Program-made: the position numbers and the translations under genes | From: Campylobacterota bacterium | GTDB taxonomy: Bacteria > Campylobacterota > Campylobacteria > Campylobacterales > Arcobacteraceae | Length of the DNA: 64,000 nt | Direction: 5' to 3' | Assembly (NCBI GenBank): GCA_051746405.1 | Contig: JBNJFB010000008.1 | Location: 1-64,000, forward strand | The notes under the pieces: generated by a model | What the model saw: the letters and a program-made list of their open reading frames with translations, nothing else | Database searches by the model: none | Told to the model about the DNA's origin: nothing | Shown here: positions 1 to 11,396 of the stretch, piece by piece | Position numbering within the stretch: the stretch's first letter is position 1 | How the letters are laid out: each line of letters opens with the position of its first letter

Positions 1-24
1 TTGTCTCTGTGAATTTGGACGGGA

Positions 25-53
25 ATTATAGACAAATTATTCATCTTTGTCAA
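25..53 (-). promoter_or_regulatory. Perfect-consensus sigma70 promoter firing out of the left edge; probable rRNA/stable-RNA operon promoter
   Basis: Minus strand reads TTGACA (53-48), 17-nt spacer, TATAAT (30-25), then a GC-rich discriminator TCCCGTCC; A-tract-rich upstream region. The downstream gene is outside the window. Confidence 0.8.
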
Positions 54-163
54 GAGTATTTTCTAAACTTTAGCTTAAATTTTTTAATTTGTGGTTTTTT
101 CTGGGGTTTACTTGTTTTTTATTGGGGTTTATTGATTTTTTTGAGTTATGTAAGTTTAAATAT

Positions 164-187
164 GAGTATAAGTTTAAACTTATACTC
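164..187. repeat. Perfect 24-bp palindrome overlapping the mtnN stop codon (possible terminator hairpin)
   Basis: GAGTATAAGTTTAAACTTATACTC equals its own reverse complement. Confidence 0.7.
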
Positions 188-902
188 TATTTATTTTTTG
201 AATAATTTTAATTATATAATCCGCTGAGTTTTTTGCAGATGTTTTTAAAAACTCATCAAAATCAAAGTTTGCTTCCATATTTGCAGTATCTGAAATTGCT
301 CTTAAAATAAAAAATGGTATATTTAAGCTTTTACAAACAACTGCAACACTTGCACCCTCCATCTCTAATGCATCTGCATCAAAATTCTCTTTTATTCTAT
401 CTTTTTGCTCATCACTATGAACAAATTGGTCACCTGTTGCTATAGTGCCTTCTATAATATTTAATTTATTCTCATATGCAACTTCTTTTGCAATATTTTT
501 TAATTTATCTGATGTATCAATATAAACGTTTCCACCAGGTACATATCCATGTGGATGACCAAAAGCAGTAATATCTAAATCATGCTGACACAGTTTATCT
601 GCGATTATTAAATCACCAATTTCTAATTTTGGATTAATTGCACCTGCAACACCTGAAAACAATAAAGTGTCACAACCAAACTTTTCAATCATAGTAGTAG
701 CTGTTAAACTTGCAAATACTTTTCCTATTTTTGAATAAGCTATTACTATATCAAGCCCATTAAAGTTTACTTCATAAAATTTATTATCTGCATAATCTAC
801 TACATTAACGTTATCAAAATATGACAATAGAGGCTCTATTTCTTCTTCCATAGCACCCATTATTGCAATTTTTTTCATTTTTATTTCATTTTCACTACTC
901 AT
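180..902 (-). CDS. mtnN: 5'-methylthioadenosine/S-adenosylhomocysteine nucleosidase
   Basis: IAIMGAMEEE, SKIGKV, FSGVAG, LEMEGASVA, RAISD motifs; true start may be the second Met (MKKIAIMG). Confidence 0.95.
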   Translation of the reverse strand: MSSENEIKMKKIAIMGAMEEEIEPLLSYFDNVNVVDYADNKFYEVNFNGLDIVIAYSKIGKVFASLTATTMIEKFGCDTLLFSGVAGAINPKLEIGDLIIADKLCQHDLDITAFGHPHGYVPGGNVYIDTSDKLKNIAKEVAYENKLNIIEGTIATGDQFVHSDEQKDRIKENFDADALEMEGASVAVVCKSLNIPFFILRAISDTANMEANFDFDEFLKTSAKNSADYIIKIIQKINRV

Positions 903-1824
903 TTAAAGCCTCTATTGTTTTTTCTAATGTTTTTTCATCACTAACATTGTAAGTTGGTATTTTTCTATCAATTTTTCTATTTAATCCTTTTAATACTACA
1001 CCATTTCCAAACTCTATAAATGCATCAATATTACTATTATTTAAAATTGATTGTTTATACTTTACAGGTTCAGTTAGTTGTGATGCAAGTAGTTCAATTG
1101 CATCCTCTTTTGTTTGATACTTCTCAGTAGTTACATTTGATACAACAGGTCTAAACTCATCTTTTAAATACTCTTCAAGATATGGTCTTAAATTTTCCAC
1201 TGCACTTTCCAATAACTCACAATGACTTGCTACACTCATATCAAGTAGTAAAGCTCTTTTTGCACCAGCTTCTTTAAATCTATCTTGAAGTGACTCTAAA
1301 TCTTCTTTTATTCCTGCAAGAACAAGTTGTCCATCAATATTATAGTTAGCAGGCCATACTTTTTTCTCTTCTTTTCTCTCTTCATCACATATTTGCTCAA
1401 CTGTTGAATCATCTAAACCAACAATAGCCATCATTCCAGCATTTTTATCTGTACAAGCCTCTTTCATAAAAAGTCCTCTTTTATGTACTAGTTCAATTGC
1501 ATCTAAATAATCAAGGGCTTTTGCACTTACTAAAGCAGAAAATTCACCTAGTGAATGACCTAACTGGAACTCTGGTTCAATCTCACATTTACTTTTAAAA
1601 ATCTCAGTTGCAATACAGCTTACTAACAAAATAGCAGGTTGCGTAAACTCTGTTTTACTTAAGTTATCATTCTCTTCAAATAATAACTCTTCAAAATTTA
1701 TACCTAATCTTTCGCTAGCTTTTGAAACCATTTCTTTAGCGATTTCGTAGTTTTCAAAGAAATCTTTTCCCATTCCAATAGATTGACTTCCTTGTCCTGG
1801 AAAAATAAAAGCAACTTTTTTCAT
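895..1824 (-). CDS. fabD: Malonyl-CoA:ACP transacylase
   Basis: FPGQGSQ, TQPAI, GHSLGE, SVASH motifs. Confidence 0.97.
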   Translation of the reverse strand: MKKVAFIFPGQGSQSIGMGKDFFENYEIAKEMVSKASERLGINFEELLFEENDNLSKTEFTQPAILLVSCIATEIFKSKCEIEPEFQLGHSLGEFSALVSAKALDYLDAIELVHKRGLFMKEACTDKNAGMMAIVGLDDSTVEQICDEERKEEKKVWPANYNIDGQLVLAGIKEDLESLQDRFKEAGAKRALLLDMSVASHCELLESAVENLRPYLEEYLKDEFRPVVSNVTTEKYQTKEDAIELLASQLTEPVKYKQSILNNSNIDAFIEFGNGVVLKGLNRKIDRKIPTYNVSDEKTLEKTIEALNE

Positions 1825-1905
1825 TTTAAATACCTCTTTATGTAAAATAATTAGTTTAAAAAACTATTTGTTAAAGTTTATAAAGTACAAACCTTAAAAA
1901 ATAGT

Positions 1906-1936
1906 TTTGCCCAAATGTGTATTACATTTGGGCAAA
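1906..1936. terminator. 13-bp-stem hairpin between slyD and fabD (putative terminator/processing stem)
   Basis: TTTGCCCAAATGT-gtatt-ACATTTGGGCAAA. Confidence 0.55.
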
Positions 1937-2001
1937 TAACTATTATTGTAACTAATTTGAAATAAATATATATTTTCTATATTTTGCTAACCTAGCAACT
2001 A

Positions 2002-2529
2002 TTAATTACAACCACAACCACCTGAGTTTTGTTCTTGGCTTCCGCCACCACAACATCCACCAGACATTGCAGCCATTCCACCAACAACACCTGTTTGAAG
2101 CTCTTCTTCTGTTGCAGCTCTTAAAGATGTAACAACTACAGAGAACATTAAGCTTTTTCCAGCCATTGGATGATTGTAATCAATTGTAACATCATCATCT
2201 GTAAATGATTTAACTACAACTTGTACAGTTTCTCCATTTTCTCCTGTACCATATAAAGATAAACCTTCTTGCAGTTCAATACCTGCAAACTGCTCTTTTG
2301 GTAAAGTTTGGATAGCTTCTTCATTATATTCACCATATCCATCTTTTGGCTCAACTAATACATCTGCTTCATCTTTTTCGTTCATTTCAACTAACTTAGT
2401 TTCTAATCCTGGTATAATTTGACCTTTTCCAGAGATAAACTCTAGTGGTGCTTGCCCAACATTAGTGTCAAGTTGTTCACCTGTTTTTGCGTCTTTTAAA
2501 GTATATTCAATACCTATTACTTTTGACAT
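2002..2529 (-). CDS. slyD: FKBP-type peptidyl-prolyl isomerase SlyD
   Basis: GQIIPGLE, DYNHPMAGK, R.AT.EEL, C-terminal GGCCGG...GGCGC tail. Confidence 0.93.
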   Translation of the reverse strand: MSKVIGIEYTLKDAKTGEQLDTNVGQAPLEFISGKGQIIPGLETKLVEMNEKDEADVLVEPKDGYGEYNEEAIQTLPKEQFAGIELQEGLSLYGTGENGETVQVVVKSFTDDDVTIDYNHPMAGKSLMFSVVVTSLRAATEEELQTGVVGGMAAMSGGCCGGGSQEQNSGGCGCN

Positions 2530-2538
2530 ATAAATTCC

Positions 2539-3528
2539 TTATAATTTTTTAATTAAATTTTTTGCTTCTTTAGCTTCATCTGATTTTGGATAAAGATCTA
2601 TTAATGTACTATAAAAACTTTTAGCATTTTCTTTATCGTTTGTTTTTTCAAATGAAATAGCACTGTGCAATAATAATGATGGCATATAAGCTGCTTTATC
2701 GTTTAACATAGCGGACTTTTTAAAATGACTTATTGCTAGATCATATTTGTCTCTTACATACCACATCTCACCTAGATAATAATTACTTTCAGCTGGTTTA
2801 TAATTATTTGCAATAAGCTTTTCAAACTTTGGTATTGCATATTTAAAATATCTTGTAGAGTAATGTTTTTTTGCTTCTTTCATTAATCTTTTTTTATCTT
2901 CTAAAGATAGCTCAGTTGAGTCATCTTCAGTTTCATTTGATTTACTTAAGCTTTTCTTATTACTACTGTTTCCAATTGAATTTTTTAAATTCTCAAACTC
3001 ATCTCTTGTAATAAATTGTTTCATATTTTTTCTTAATTCTGATTCTGAAACATAGGTTCTATTAACTTTATTTAAAAGATTTGAAATCTGAGAAATTGCC
3101 TCTTTTAATTTTGAGATACTTTGTCTTACTTCTTTATCTGTTTCTTCTTTCATACTAATAAGCTGAGAAGAAACACTTTTTATCTCTTGGGCTTCTTGCT
3201 TGTTTTTTGTTGCTAAATCTTTAGACTCTTCAACTTTTTTTACAAGCTTGTTGATTTTATGAACTGTAGAGTTTAATTTGGAAGAGTCACCCTCATAAAT
3301 TGACTCAATCCCTTCTAATCTTCTCTTCACAGAGTCTAAAAGAGAATTAACATCATTAATTTTCGAGTCTAATTTATTTAACTCTTTTTTATTTTGTAAA
3401 ATATGCTTTTCAGCGGAGTTTAACCCATATGGGTTTTCTGAATTTAAATCACCTGCTCCAAATACTGATACCTCTTGTGCATTAGCCAATGAAGCGATGA
3501 TGATTAATTGTATTATGTATCTATTCAT
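2539..3528 (-). CDS. Tol-Pal associated periplasmic coiled-coil/TPR protein (CpoB/YbgF-like)
   Basis: Signal peptide, long coiled coil, C-terminal TPRs ending YPKSDEAKEA; directly downstream of pal. Confidence 0.8.
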   Translation of the reverse strand: MNRYIIQLIIIASLANAQEVSVFGAGDLNSENPYGLNSAEKHILQNKKELNKLDSKINDVNSLLDSVKRRLEGIESIYEGDSSKLNSTVHKINKLVKKVEESKDLATKNKQEAQEIKSVSSQLISMKEETDKEVRQSISKLKEAISQISNLLNKVNRTYVSESELRKNMKQFITRDEFENLKNSIGNSSNKKSLSKSNETEDDSTELSLEDKKRLMKEAKKHYSTRYFKYAIPKFEKLIANNYKPAESNYYLGEMWYVRDKYDLAISHFKKSAMLNDKAAYMPSLLLHSAISFEKTNDKENAKSFYSTLIDLYPKSDEAKEAKNLIKKL

Positions 3529-3537
3529 TATTGACTA

Positions 3538-4101
3538 TTATTTTTTAAGAGTATGCTCAACTCTTCTATTCATTTGCCAACAAGCTTTAGTCTTTTGTGT
3601 ACAAGTAGGATTACTTTCACCTAATGATACCATAGCAATATTTGCATCTACACCGTTATTTTGCAATACTTTTTTAACTGTTCTAGCTCTTTTTAAACCT
3701 AATGCATAGTTATATTCATCAGTACCCCACTCATCAGTATTACCTGATAATTTAACTGTTGTATCAGCTTTTAGAGGTGATAGTTTTGAAGCATTACTTC
3801 TTGCTATTTCTTTCATTTCAGAAGTTAGATTATATTTGTCAAACCCAAAGTAAACGTTTTCAATTAAAACTCTTTTTCCATTGATTTCATAATAAACACC
3901 TTTTTCAACTTCTTCTATTTGGGAAAAAGAGCCATCCACTACCTTCTCGGTTTTTGTATCTGGAATAGTGTTTAATGCACTTTCAGAAGTCTCTTCTTTT
4001 TGCTTTTGACCATTATCTACGTTCATATCCACGTTTTTCTCACTACAACCTGTTAGTAGAACAGAAGCAATAAGCAAAGAGTAAATGCTAATCTTTTTCA
4101 T
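3538..4101 (-). CDS. pal: Peptidoglycan-associated lipoprotein (OmpA family)
   Basis: Lipobox LTGC; YFGFDKY, GNTDEWGTDEYNYALG, NRRVE. Confidence 0.93.
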   Translation of the reverse strand: MKKISIYSLLIASVLLTGCSEKNVDMNVDNGQKQKEETSESALNTIPDTKTEKVVDGSFSQIEEVEKGVYYEINGKRVLIENVYFGFDKYNLTSEMKEIARSNASKLSPLKADTTVKLSGNTDEWGTDEYNYALGLKRARTVKKVLQNNGVDANIAMVSLGESNPTCTQKTKACWQMNRRVEHTLKK

Positions 4102-4169
4102 AAATTTATCCTTAAAATTAAAATTTATTTCATTTTACAAAATCAAAACTTAATTAATCATTATTTGAG

Positions 4170-5447
4170 TTACCAATCAATAGACTGAATCCGTCCATTT
4201 GCTAATGGGAACATATATGACTTGTCAAAATTAAGTCTTATAATACCAAGGGAGCTAACTCCTTCAAATGTTTTTATGTACAAAAGAGATTCACCATCTT
4301 TAGAAAATTTAGGAAACTGATTTACACCACTTGATGTTAATCTTTTTAAATCATCACTTAATGTAGAAATTAAATAAAGGTTAAAAGATCTTTTTGATAG
4401 TTCATTTTCACTATCTCTACTAACATATACAATATTATTCTTATATGCAGTTGCAGAAGAGTTATTTCTACTATGGTAAACTAATCTTTCTACTCCTCTT
4501 GAATTAAAGCTTTTAGCAAATATATTTGGGTAACCTAACCTATCTGATACAAAAACCATTCTGTTATCATCTTCTAAAAACTCTGCTGAAACATCAATTC
4601 CACTGTAGTTAGTGACTTTTTGACTCTCTTTTGAAAAAGTATCATATAAGTAAATATCAGGTTGTCCTTCAGGAGAAGCTGTGATTAAAAGCTTTGAACC
4701 ATTTGCATTAACATCTGAGGTTACAATCATACCATCTGATTGCATAATTACGTCCTTTTGCCTGGTATACATATTTAACTTCACTATTGTTGGTTTTTCA
4801 TAGTTATAAGAGGTATAGTATATACTTCTTTGTTTATTATCAGCCCATTTAGGAAAAATATTTAATCCTCCTGTAACTATTGTTTTTCTAAAGTTTAAAG
4901 TATAGTCACCTATCATAATATCAGATTCACCACTACTTTTATAAACTGAAAAGACTACAAATTTGTCCATCCACTCAATACTTGGGGCATCAAACTCTTC
5001 ACTTATACTAATAGCAGTTCTATGTGCTAAAAAAGGATACCTCTCTTCTTTTTGTGTAGTATAACTTTTTTGAAGTACCATTTCTTGGGAGTTTACGTCA
5101 TAAAGCTTTGTATAAAATGTATATGAGTCATCATCATTTTTTTTAGCACTAATATTTAAAAATACATCAACATCACTATTTGAAAGTCTAATGAAATCTG
5201 GAAATTGATTAAATTCAATTTGATTAATATCTTCAGGTTTTTTTATAGTTTCAAAGTAACCACTAACCTCTAAATCTTTTTTTAATAACTTTTTAATCTT
5301 TTCTAACACAACATTTTCACTTGTATCACTTGATGTAGATATTAAAATTTTTGGTATTGAATTTGCTTTTTTAAAAATTTCTAAATTTGCATCAACTGCA
5401 AATAAACTTGTGACCATAAATATACAAATAAACAATAGTTTTCTCAT
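4170..5447 (-). CDS. tolB: Tol-Pal system beta-propeller protein TolB
   Basis: Signal peptide, PD40-like repeats (FVSDRLGYPNIF, FPKFSKDG), C-terminal SIDW; operon position. Confidence 0.92.
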   Translation of the reverse strand: MRKLLFICIFMVTSLFAVDANLEIFKKANSIPKILISTSSDTSENVVLEKIKKLLKKDLEVSGYFETIKKPEDINQIEFNQFPDFIRLSNSDVDVFLNISAKKNDDDSYTFYTKLYDVNSQEMVLQKSYTTQKEERYPFLAHRTAISISEEFDAPSIEWMDKFVVFSVYKSSGESDIMIGDYTLNFRKTIVTGGLNIFPKWADNKQRSIYYTSYNYEKPTIVKLNMYTRQKDVIMQSDGMIVTSDVNANGSKLLITASPEGQPDIYLYDTFSKESQKVTNYSGIDVSAEFLEDDNRMVFVSDRLGYPNIFAKSFNSRGVERLVYHSRNNSSATAYKNNIVYVSRDSENELSKRSFNLYLISTLSDDLKRLTSSGVNQFPKFSKDGESLLYIKTFEGVSSLGIIRLNFDKSYMFPLANGRIQSIDW

Positions 5448-5450
5448 AGA

Positions 5451-6188
5451 TTATCCTTTTGATTTAAATTTTACGCTTATTTTAACTTCTTTTCCATTTT
5501 TAGGTTTTGGATATATTATACTTTTTTGTTCTTCTAAAAAAGCTTTTAAAGACTCATCAAATTTTAGATTTTGTGAATAAGTGGCAAACTTATAATCAAA
5601 CTCTCCATTACTTGCTATTGTTACAATAACAACCGCTTCTAAATTATCAGATGATAAAGATGGATTCCAATTTGATAGTTTGTCATTAACTAAAGAGAAG
5701 TATTCATCACTTTCGCTGTTTTTTGAAAAACTTTTTGAAGTAATATTAGTAGTTGTAATTTCATCTTCTAATAATGAGTCAATTTTTACATTTGATGATT
5801 TATTCTGTTTTTCAAATTTTGATTTATATCTCTTTGGATTAGATGATTTAGATACATTATTTACTTCTTTTTTAGGTTTTTTTGTGACATCAGTTTTAAC
5901 ATTTCCAAATAAAGATTTTAAATCAGGTGCTCTTTTTTTACTTATAGAGGTCTCTTTTTCTACAACTTCTTCTTTTTTAGGCTCTTCTTTTTTATTGGTT
6001 TTCTTTTCAACTCTTTTTTTATCACTTTTGTTAGTTATCATACTTAACTCAATAACAGTCTGCTTATTTTTGGATGTGAACGTTTTTACATTGTTTGAGG
6101 TAATTAAATATATAAAGAAAATACAAATAATAATATAAATAGTAATAGATATAGCCCCAGATAAAAGAAATGTTTTATTAGACCTCAT
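5451..6188 (-). CDS. TolA/TonB C-terminal domain protein
   Basis: N-terminal TM anchor, Lys/Glu-rich linker, TonB_C-like C-terminus; between exbD/tolR and tolB. Confidence 0.75.
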   Translation of the reverse strand: MRSNKTFLLSGAISITIYIIICIFFIYLITSNNVKTFTSKNKQTVIELSMITNKSDKKRVEKKTNKKEEPKKEEVVEKETSISKKRAPDLKSLFGNVKTDVTKKPKKEVNNVSKSSNPKRYKSKFEKQNKSSNVKIDSLLEDEITTTNITSKSFSKNSESDEYFSLVNDKLSNWNPSLSSDNLEAVVIVTIASNGEFDYKFATYSQNLKFDESLKAFLEEQKSIIYPKPKNGKEVKISVKFKSKG

Positions 6189-6191
6189 ATA

Positions 6192-6581
6192 TTATCCATC
6201 GGTAATTAAAGATATTTTATAAAACCCTGCTTCTTTAACTGTTCTAAGAACCATCATTATATCATCATAAATCAACTCTTTATCAGCCTTAATATGTATA
6301 GGAGTTTTTTGATCTTTATTATTTGAAAAAAGAGTAAATGTATCAGGAAAATTATTAAGTTCAATGCTTCTTTTATTTAGTTTTACAATTTTATCTTTTG
6401 TAATAAGAATCTCAATTTTAGTAAATTCATCAGCTTGCTTTGATTTACTACCTTTAGGTAAACTAATAGGTTCTTCATAATCCATAACAGGTGCAGTAAC
6501 CATAAGTATTGCTAAAAGAACTAACATAATATCAACTAAAGGTGTAATATTTAAATCTGGCTTTTGGTTAAAATCGTACAA
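6192..6581 (-). CDS. ExbD/TolR biopolymer transport protein
   Basis: NITPLVDIMLVLLAILMVTAP motif; TTG start. Confidence 0.92.
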   Translation of the reverse strand: MYDFNQKPDLNITPLVDIMLVLLAILMVTAPVMDYEEPISLPKGSKSKQADEFTKIEILITKDKIVKLNKRSIELNNFPDTFTLFSNNKDQKTPIHIKADKELIYDDIMMVLRTVKEAGFYKISLITDG

Positions 6582-6583
6582 AA

Positions 6584-7144
6584 TTAACCCTTAGCAATTA
6601 AAATTTCTGATTGTGCTTTTAAATAAGTATTTAATTCATAAACTTTTCTTGTTAAAATTTGATGAAATGTATATGCAAATATAGCCACAAATATACCAGC
6701 TGCAGTTGCTACTAATGCTTCTGATATTGCAGGTGCTATAACTGAAAAACCAACTTTTGCATGGCCTGAAAACTTTGCAAATGATTCTAAGATTCCAACA
6801 ACTGTACCAAAAAGTCCTATAAATGGTGAAGTTGATGCAATAATAGACATCCAAGATATTCCAGCACTTGCATCTTTTATAATATTTATTTCACATGCGT
6901 GAAGCAACTCTTTGGAGTTACTATTGTTTGAACATTTATTTAAAGATGAAAAGGGAGAAAATGTTGTCTCTCTTGATGTTAATGACTCTAATGATTTTTG
7001 CTCATTAGTTATTAAACCTTTTAAACTTAGATATCTGTAAATAAAAATCCAGATAGTAACGATTAGATAAATTGACAATAGTGCTAAAACTATATAAGTT
7101 ATAGCACTACTATTTGCCAAATAATTTAGTATTGTATTGTTCAT
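6584..7144 (-). CDS. MotA/TolQ/ExbB proton channel protein
   Basis: SPFIGLFGTVVGI, ISEALVATAAG motifs. Confidence 0.92.
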   Translation of the reverse strand: MNNTILNYLANSSAITYIVLALLSIYLIVTIWIFIYRYLSLKGLITNEQKSLESLTSRETTFSPFSSLNKCSNNSNSKELLHACEINIIKDASAGISWMSIIASTSPFIGLFGTVVGILESFAKFSGHAKVGFSVIAPAISEALVATAAGIFVAIFAYTFHQILTRKVYELNTYLKAQSEILIAKG

Positions 7145-7154
7145 TGACTATTTT

Positions 7155-7532
7155 TTATGCAAATGAATTGATTTTTGATTCAACTGCAGCAACTGATACG
7201 TTAGAGTCTTTAACAGAACTAACTAAATCTTTTGCTGCTTCAATATTTTTAGCTATTTCTGAATCTTCACCTTGTGTTAAAGGGATAGCTCCATCTGCTA
7301 AAACATCAACAGAATTCTCATCCACTTTAACATGTCCCCAGTTAATAGCAACAGCCTCAGTAGAATTTTCTCTTTCAATTACAATTACACCAACAGTTAA
7401 AGATGAAACTAAAGATGAATGCCCAGGTAATACACCGAACTCTCCCTCTTTACCAGGAAGTGTTACGGTTTTTACATCTCCGTTAAATATTGCCCCGTTA
7501 GGTGTAACGATTGATAACTTAATTGTGTTCAT
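7155..7532 (-). CDS. atpC: F1 ATP synthase epsilon subunit
   Basis: IVTPNG, GEFGVLPGH. Confidence 0.96.
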   Translation of the reverse strand: MNTIKLSIVTPNGAIFNGDVKTVTLPGKEGEFGVLPGHSSLVSSLTVGVIVIERENSTEAVAINWGHVKVDENSVDVLADGAIPLTQGEDSEIAKNIEAAKDLVSSVKDSNVSVAAVESKINSFA

Positions 7533-7549
7533 AATATACCTTAAATGGT

Positions 7550-8962
<1,413 letters not shown>

Positions 8963-9847
8963 TTATTTTAATGATTCAACACCACTGATAATCTCTATCA
9001 GCTCTGTTGTAATTGCAGCTTGTCTAGCTTTGTTATATTCAACTGTCAAAGAATCAACTCTTTCTTTAGCATTTTTTGTTGCAGCTTCCATAGCTTGCAT
9101 TCTTGCACTATGTTCTGCAGCTAAAGAGTCTATTAAAGCATAATACATATTAAAATCTATATATTTGCCTGTTAATTCATCTAACACTTCTTCATCATCA
9201 TCTGGCTCAATATTTAACATAGATTCTGCATCTTTATCTTCTGCTTCTTCTAAGCTAATTGGCAATAATTGATTAACTCTAATCTCTTGAGTTAACATAT
9301 TTAAAAAACCATTATTTACTAAAATTACTTTATCAGTAACTTCATTTTTAAAATCTTCAACTACGTCTTTTATAAACTCTGAAGCTCTATCATAATCAGG
9401 TGCAGACGACAAATCATTTACTTTTTGTTCTAACTTTTGCTTTTGGAAGTTATAGTAATCAATACCTTTTCTTCCAACTGCTCTTAGCCTAACATTTACA
9501 CCTTTTTGTGCGTAGTCTTCCATTAGTTCATTAACAGTTTTAATTGTTGCCATATTAAAACCACCACAAAGTCCTTTATCAGCAGTAACAAAAACAATAT
9601 CTACTGTTTTTGGATTATCATTTTGTACAAATGCTCTACCAATATTCTCATCATCTTGAACTTTGCTAACTCTATGCGCAATATCAGAAAGTACTACATT
9701 AATCTTTTCTGCATAACTTTTAGCTTGCTGAGACAATTGTCTAGTTCTAGTAAGTTTTGCAGAAGATACAAGCTTCATAGCTTTTGTAGTCTTCTGAGTA
9801 TTTTTTACACTATTAATCTGAAGTTTAATCTCTTTTAAGTTAGCCAT
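8963..9847 (-). CDS. atpG: F1 ATP synthase gamma subunit
   Basis: DKGLCGGFN, YNKARQAAITTELIEI. Confidence 0.98.
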   Translation of the reverse strand: MANLKEIKLQINSVKNTQKTTKAMKLVSSAKLTRTRQLSQQAKSYAEKINVVLSDIAHRVSKVQDDENIGRAFVQNDNPKTVDIVFVTADKGLCGGFNMATIKTVNELMEDYAQKGVNVRLRAVGRKGIDYYNFQKQKLEQKVNDLSSAPDYDRASEFIKDVVEDFKNEVTDKVILVNNGFLNMLTQEIRVNQLLPISLEEAEDKDAESMLNIEPDDDEEVLDELTGKYIDFNMYYALIDSLAAEHSARMQAMEAATKNAKERVDSLTVEYNKARQAAITTELIEIISGVESLK

Positions 9848-9857
9848 TAACTAATCC

Positions 9858-11375
9858 TTAGTTTGCATTGAATACAGTATTGAACTCTTCTAATGCAGCT
9901 TTTAACTCACCCTCAATCTCATCATCAAGTTTCTTTTTTGATTTGATTGACTCTAAAATACTAGAGTATTTTTGTTCAATAAACGCATGTAGTTCATTTT
10001 CATATTTTACTACATCTTCAACTGCTACTTCACTTAAGTACCCTTTAGTACCTGCGTAAAGAATTACAATTTGTTTTTCAATTACTAATGGTTTATTAAC
10101 ACCTTGTTTTAACACTTCAACCATTCTTTGACCTAACTCAAGCTCTTTTCTTGTAGCTTCATCTAAGTCAGATGCAAATTGAGCGAATGCTTCTAATTCT
10201 CTATATTGTGCCAATGATAATTTTAAAGTACCTGCAACTTGCTTAGTAGCTTTAATTTGAGCTGAACCACCAACTCTTGATACTGATAAACCAACATTAA
10301 TTGCAGGTCTAATACCTGAGTTGAAAAGATTAGTTTCTAAGAAAATCTGACCATCAGTAATAGAAATTACGTTTGTTGGAATATAAGCTGCAACGTCACC
10401 CGCTTGCGTTTCGATAATTGGTAGTGCTGTCATAGAACCAGCACCATTCTCATCAGACATTTTAGCTGCTCTTTCTAATAATCTTGAGTGTAGATAGAAT
10501 ACATCACCTGGGAAAGCCTCTCTACCTGGTGGTCTTCTTAATAATAGAGACATTTCTCTATATGCAACAGCGTGCTTTGATAAATCATCATAAACAATTA
10601 ATGCATGTTTTGCGTTATCTCTAAAGTACTCACCAATAGTTACACCTGTATAAGGAGCTAAGAATTGTAATGCTGCAGTTTCAGAAGCACCAGCGTTTAC
10701 AACAATAGTATAATCCATTGCACCACTCTCTTCTAATGTTCTAACAACATTTGCAACTGAAGAAGCTTTTTGACCTACTGCAACATAGATACAAATTACA
10801 TCTTCATTTTTTTGGTTAAGAATTGTATCAATAGCAACAGTACTTTTACCTGTTTGTCTATCACCAATAATTAACTCTCTTTGTCCTCTTCCAATTGGAA
10901 CTAAAGCATCAATAGCTTTGATACCTGTTTGTAAAGGTTCATGTACTGATTTTCTAGCCATGATTCCAGGAGCTTTTTCTTCAACAAATCTACTCTCTGT
11001 TGAGTCAATTGCACCTTTACCATCAATTGGTTCACCTAGTGCGTTTACAACTCTTCCAACCATAGCTTCACCAACTGGTGTTTCTAATAATTGTCCAAGT
11101 CTTTTACAAGAGCTTCCCTCTCTTAAACCTTCACCTTTACCAAGTACAACAACACCTACAGTAGCTTCTTCTAAGTTTGCAGCAAGACCTTTCTCACCAT
11201 TTTCAAACTCAACAATTTCACCAGCCATAATATTTCTTAATCCGTAAACTTGTGCAATCCCATCAGCATAAGCGATAATCTTACCTGTTTCGTTTACATC
11301 TACATTTAATTCAAAGTTATCAATTCTCTCTTTTATTATAGAACTGATCTCATCAGCTTGAATTTTTGCACCCAT
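9858..11375 (-). CDS. atpA: F1 ATP synthase alpha subunit
   Basis: [32 protein letters not shown]. Confidence 0.99.
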   Translation of the reverse strand: MGAKIQADEISSIIKERIDNFELNVDVNETGKIIAYADGIAQVYGLRNIMAGEIVEFENGEKGLAANLEEATVGVVVLGKGEGLREGSSCKRLGQLLETPVGEAMVGRVVNALGEPIDGKGAIDSTESRFVEEKAPGIMARKSVHEPLQTGIKAIDALVPIGRGQRELIIGDRQTGKSTVAIDTILNQKNEDVICIYVAVGQKASSVANVVRTLEESGAMDYTIVVNAGASETAALQFLAPYTGVTIGEYFRDNAKHALIVYDDLSKHAVAYREMSLLLRRPPGREAFPGDVFYLHSRLLERAAKMSDENGAGSMTALPIIETQAGDVAAYIPTNVISITDGQIFLETNLFNSGIRPAINVGLSVSRVGGSAQIKATKQVAGTLKLSLAQYRELEAFAQFASDLDEATRKELELGQRMVEVLKQGVNKPLVIEKQIVILYAGTKGYLSEVAVEDVVKYENELHAFIEQKYSSILESIKSKKKLDDEIEGELKAALEEFNTVFNAN

Positions 11376-11396
11376 TCAATTTCTCCTTTATAAGTT

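Noticed and set aside
9..227. 72-aa plus-strand ORF at the left edge
   Set aside because: Low-complexity translation of a T-rich promoter/UP region, antisense to the mtnN end; no SD
1918..1926. TGTATTACA identical to the putative RHH antitoxin operator core at 56817-56825
   Set aside because: A 9-mer AT-rich match within 64 kb is plausibly chance, and it lies across a hairpin loop
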